A stretch of DNA of 64,000 nt from Eledone cirrhosa (lineage: Eukaryota), in assembly GCA_964016885.1 (NCBI GenBank), contig OZ024740.1, positions 153,016,001 through 153,080,000 on the forward strand, in the 5' to 3' direction. Both the position numbers and the translations under genes were made by a program. A model generated the notes under the pieces. The model was given only the letters and a program-made list of their open reading frames with translations. It was not told the origin of the DNA and made no database searches. Below are positions 61,044 to 64,000 of this stretch, one piece after another (within the stretch, counting starts at the first letter, position 1; each line of letters opens with the position of its first letter).

Positions 61044-61898
61044 CAGGGTGCGGACGATATTTGTTCGCAAGATTACTCTCTAGGAAAAAATAACAGTTTT
61101 ATTTTTTAAGATTTATCAAACTTGGGTCAGTTGGTCTTCATGACTTGTTCTTTCGATCTCACTCGATAAACCCGCCATTGGCTATGATGACGGCCTCGGA
61201 ACCGGCTACAGGTCTTCGTCACTGTCCCTCGACTTAGGCCCCTAAAGGCACTTGTGATCCTGGCCTTAAGATCGTCTTTCGTATTGCAGCTAGATCTGTT
61301 GGTGTCTCGTTCCACTGCGTCCCACACAAAGAAGTCGAGGGGGTTGCAGTCAGGCGAGCTGGGAGGCCAGATGTCAGGTGAAGTGTGGTCAACGAAGTTC
61401 TCTGACAGCTAGGCGTGAGTCTTTCAGCTGGTAAGGCAGGGCAGAGTCTTGCTGCCACACGTACGGCCTACCTGCAGCTACCTGGTCGATCCAGGGCTTT
61501 ACTACCTCGCTCAGAACGTGGATGTAGCCATCGGCGTTCAGCTTGAGGCCCTCAGGGAAGAAGTGATGTGGAATGACGTCACCATGACTGCTGACGACAC
61601 CTAAAGCCAATGTTGTTGCTGGAAACGTTGTCTGCATGACTCTGGGCACATCTTTGGATGAGACAGCGAGCCACCTGTTGTTCTGGTCTTATTTATCCTC
61701 CCGGCACGGATTCCAAGAAGAACTTCATATCTCTTCCACAAATTTGGAGGTTCAAAATTATTCATAATCAATTATTCTGAAAATAAATAATTGAAATATA
61801 GTCACTGTTTTTATGAAGATAAGAGTGACAACGGAAGTAAAAAAAATTTGCATAAAATTAGCAGTTGAAAATTGCGAACAAATATCGTTCGCACCCTG
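61044..61898 (-). mobile_element. Internally deleted Tc1/mariner element, maT (DD37D)-like
   Basis: 27-bp TIRs cagggtgcg(g/a)acgatatttgttcgcaa (26/27 match) with TA flanks. Minus-strand transposase remnant ...VKPWIDQVAAGRPYVWQQDSA...WPPSSPDCNPLDFFVWDAVER, with a frameshift. Confidence 0.9.
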
Positions 61899-61918
61899 TA
61901 TGTATATATATACCTTCC

Positions 61919-61956
<38 letters not shown>

Positions 61957-64000
61957 TATATATAAATGTCATAATTCAATATATATTCATAGCTACGTTG
62001 TGGAAAAGTACCCTTTTAATATCGAACTGCCTAAAACCATGATATAAAACTGGTCATTTTAAAATGTTTGTTTTTATATTAAAACCTTTCAGCAAATTTT
62101 AGAAATTTTTATTAAGTAATGTTCTAAATATCAGCTTTCTAATTAAAAACTTGATTTATGGCTGAGAAATGTGCAAAAATCCAAACTCCATGTATGAGCT
62201 AAGGCAGCTAATCAACATAATGTTTAGATGTGGTTTTTAAATTCTCACGAGTGGAGAGTATATTTATGATATTAAAAATGTCATTTAGAGTATAGATTTT
62301 GATTTTTTTTTTTTTTTAAAACCAATTTCCAACCATTTTGAAGACCATATTCATTCAAAGCACAAAAAAAAAAAAGCAAAAATATCTTAACACCTCAGTT
62401 ACGTAAAATTTGAAGTTGGTGAAAATTAGCAAAATACAGACCTCGAATACCCTTTTTTTACCAGCTTTTATTCTTTGTTTGTCACATTGTTGACGGCTTA
62501 TATAGGTGTATAAATGGTAATTTCAAAATGTGTTGAAAGAAAATGCAATGTATTTCATTAGAAATACAGAAATGAAAGGGTTAAGCAGTGGTAAATTATG
62601 TCCGCACCCTAGTTTTGAGTCTAGATTGTCCATTGCCTCTATTTACTTTCTTAATTCTGTCTGTGGAAGACATAAACAGTACCAATTTTCATTTCTTTCC
62701 AATAATGGAAGTCTAATCACCTATTGAGGAATTCTGATAATTATAGGCTAAATAGACATGGTCTTTAACCGGAGTTGATGTGTGTTTGTGCAGATTATGC
62801 CAGACTTTCAAACAAATGCCACAAGGCATGTAGTCTTAGATATATTCTTGGAAACAACTAGAATGTCTTTATCATAGATCTGCCAAATTATGAGTAACCT
62901 GGGGCTAAATAATAATAGAACTTTTTTTTTTATTTTTTAACTATACTTTGGGTGAGTGTTGTGGTTAAAGTGTTGGACTTTCTATGCCCTAGTTAACAGT
63001 ATCAAAATCTACCACAGCTAGAACTAGTAACTTTAGACAAGATACAGTCATTGATACTCTCATTTTTAATCTAATAATCTGAACTACATTTGTAGCACTT
63101 CACTGTTGAGCTTGAATCAATGATAGCCAGACATGAATAGTTAGTTGCTTTAATAATCCTTACTTGATAATTTTCAGAAATATCAAATACATATTTTTAT
63201 GTCCCCTTTTCCATTTTGGCATGGGTTAAATCAAATTTATTGAGGCAATACTCTACAGTGGGATGCCTTTCCTAATGCCAGCCCATAATGTATCGGAGTA
63301 ATTTCATTGATCTTCATCAAACCATTAAGTTATGGCATAAAGATCACTGCTTGCTTAAATGACCCCAATGTAGAGGTATACACTGAGATAAACACATACA
63401 TATTTAAAGGATGTGCTTCTGCACAATTTCCATCTACCAAATTCACTTAAAAGGCATTAATCAGCCCTAGACTATAACAAGACATTTCCAAGGTATCACA
63501 CACTATTGCCTACACCTCATGTATGTGTTGAAAAGCATATAAAATAAGATATCTGTTAATTTGTTTAGAGATATTTACACTTATCTCCAATATCTTACTA
63601 GGTGATATTTTTATTGACACAAAATGGTTAGGATATAAAATATAAGTTACTTAGCAGAGGAGAGGCAGTAGCCTCTTGACAGGTCTTTTTAGATTTATGT
63701 GGCTGATGACACACTGTCTAAAATTTCTAGGAAAAAACCGAGGTGAGAAAGAAATCATAAGTCAGATTGAAATACTTCCAACATGGTGAACTATTAAAAA
63801 AACACCACAAACACGAGGAGATGGTGTTAAGTTGAGTGACATGTTAGGACTATTACCCAAACTAAGAAAAGCAAAATTAAATGTTATGCATTTAAATTAG
63901 ACTATGTTGTCTCAGTGACTTCCTCTGCTCTTTATGCAAGTACAATATTATTTTTACCTAGGTTGGGATTTAAGCCAGTAAATTGGCAGGGTCTTTAGAA

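Noticed and set aside
60060-64000. Further upstream STT3B exons (HEFDP / WYPLGR segments)
   Set aside because: I could not find them by eye in this interval. They are presumed to lie beyond the window.

Overview
This is AT-rich eukaryotic (animal) genomic DNA. The SINE families look like those I recall from octopod cephalopods, but the taxon is an inference. Two spliced host genes lie on the minus strand. METTL13/EEF1AKNMT contributes its first two coding exons (2335-2426 and 887-1115) and continues left of the window. STT3B contributes 15 coding exons (60056 down to the stop at 30728), and its 5' exons lie beyond the right edge. The rest is a dense transposon landscape: a near full-length but frameshifted Helitron (about 8.2/9.2-17.9 kb) carrying a nested GC-rich L1/Tx1-type LINE and a SINE; a non-autonomous Helitron; RTE, CR1 and CRE-like LINE relics; two tRNA-derived SINE families; piggyBac-like and hAT-like MITEs; and a deleted maT-like (DD37D-like) Tc1/mariner element. 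The most notable non-obvious signal is at 3.7-8.1 kb: a cluster of Penelope-like element (PLE) remnants with at least three different minimal type-I hammerhead ribozyme motifs. All are on the + strand (antisense to METTL13), and the fold-back inversions break at the ribozyme core. I found no prokaryotic-type system such as CRISPR or an operon, and I cannot claim a wholly new biological system from sequence alone.
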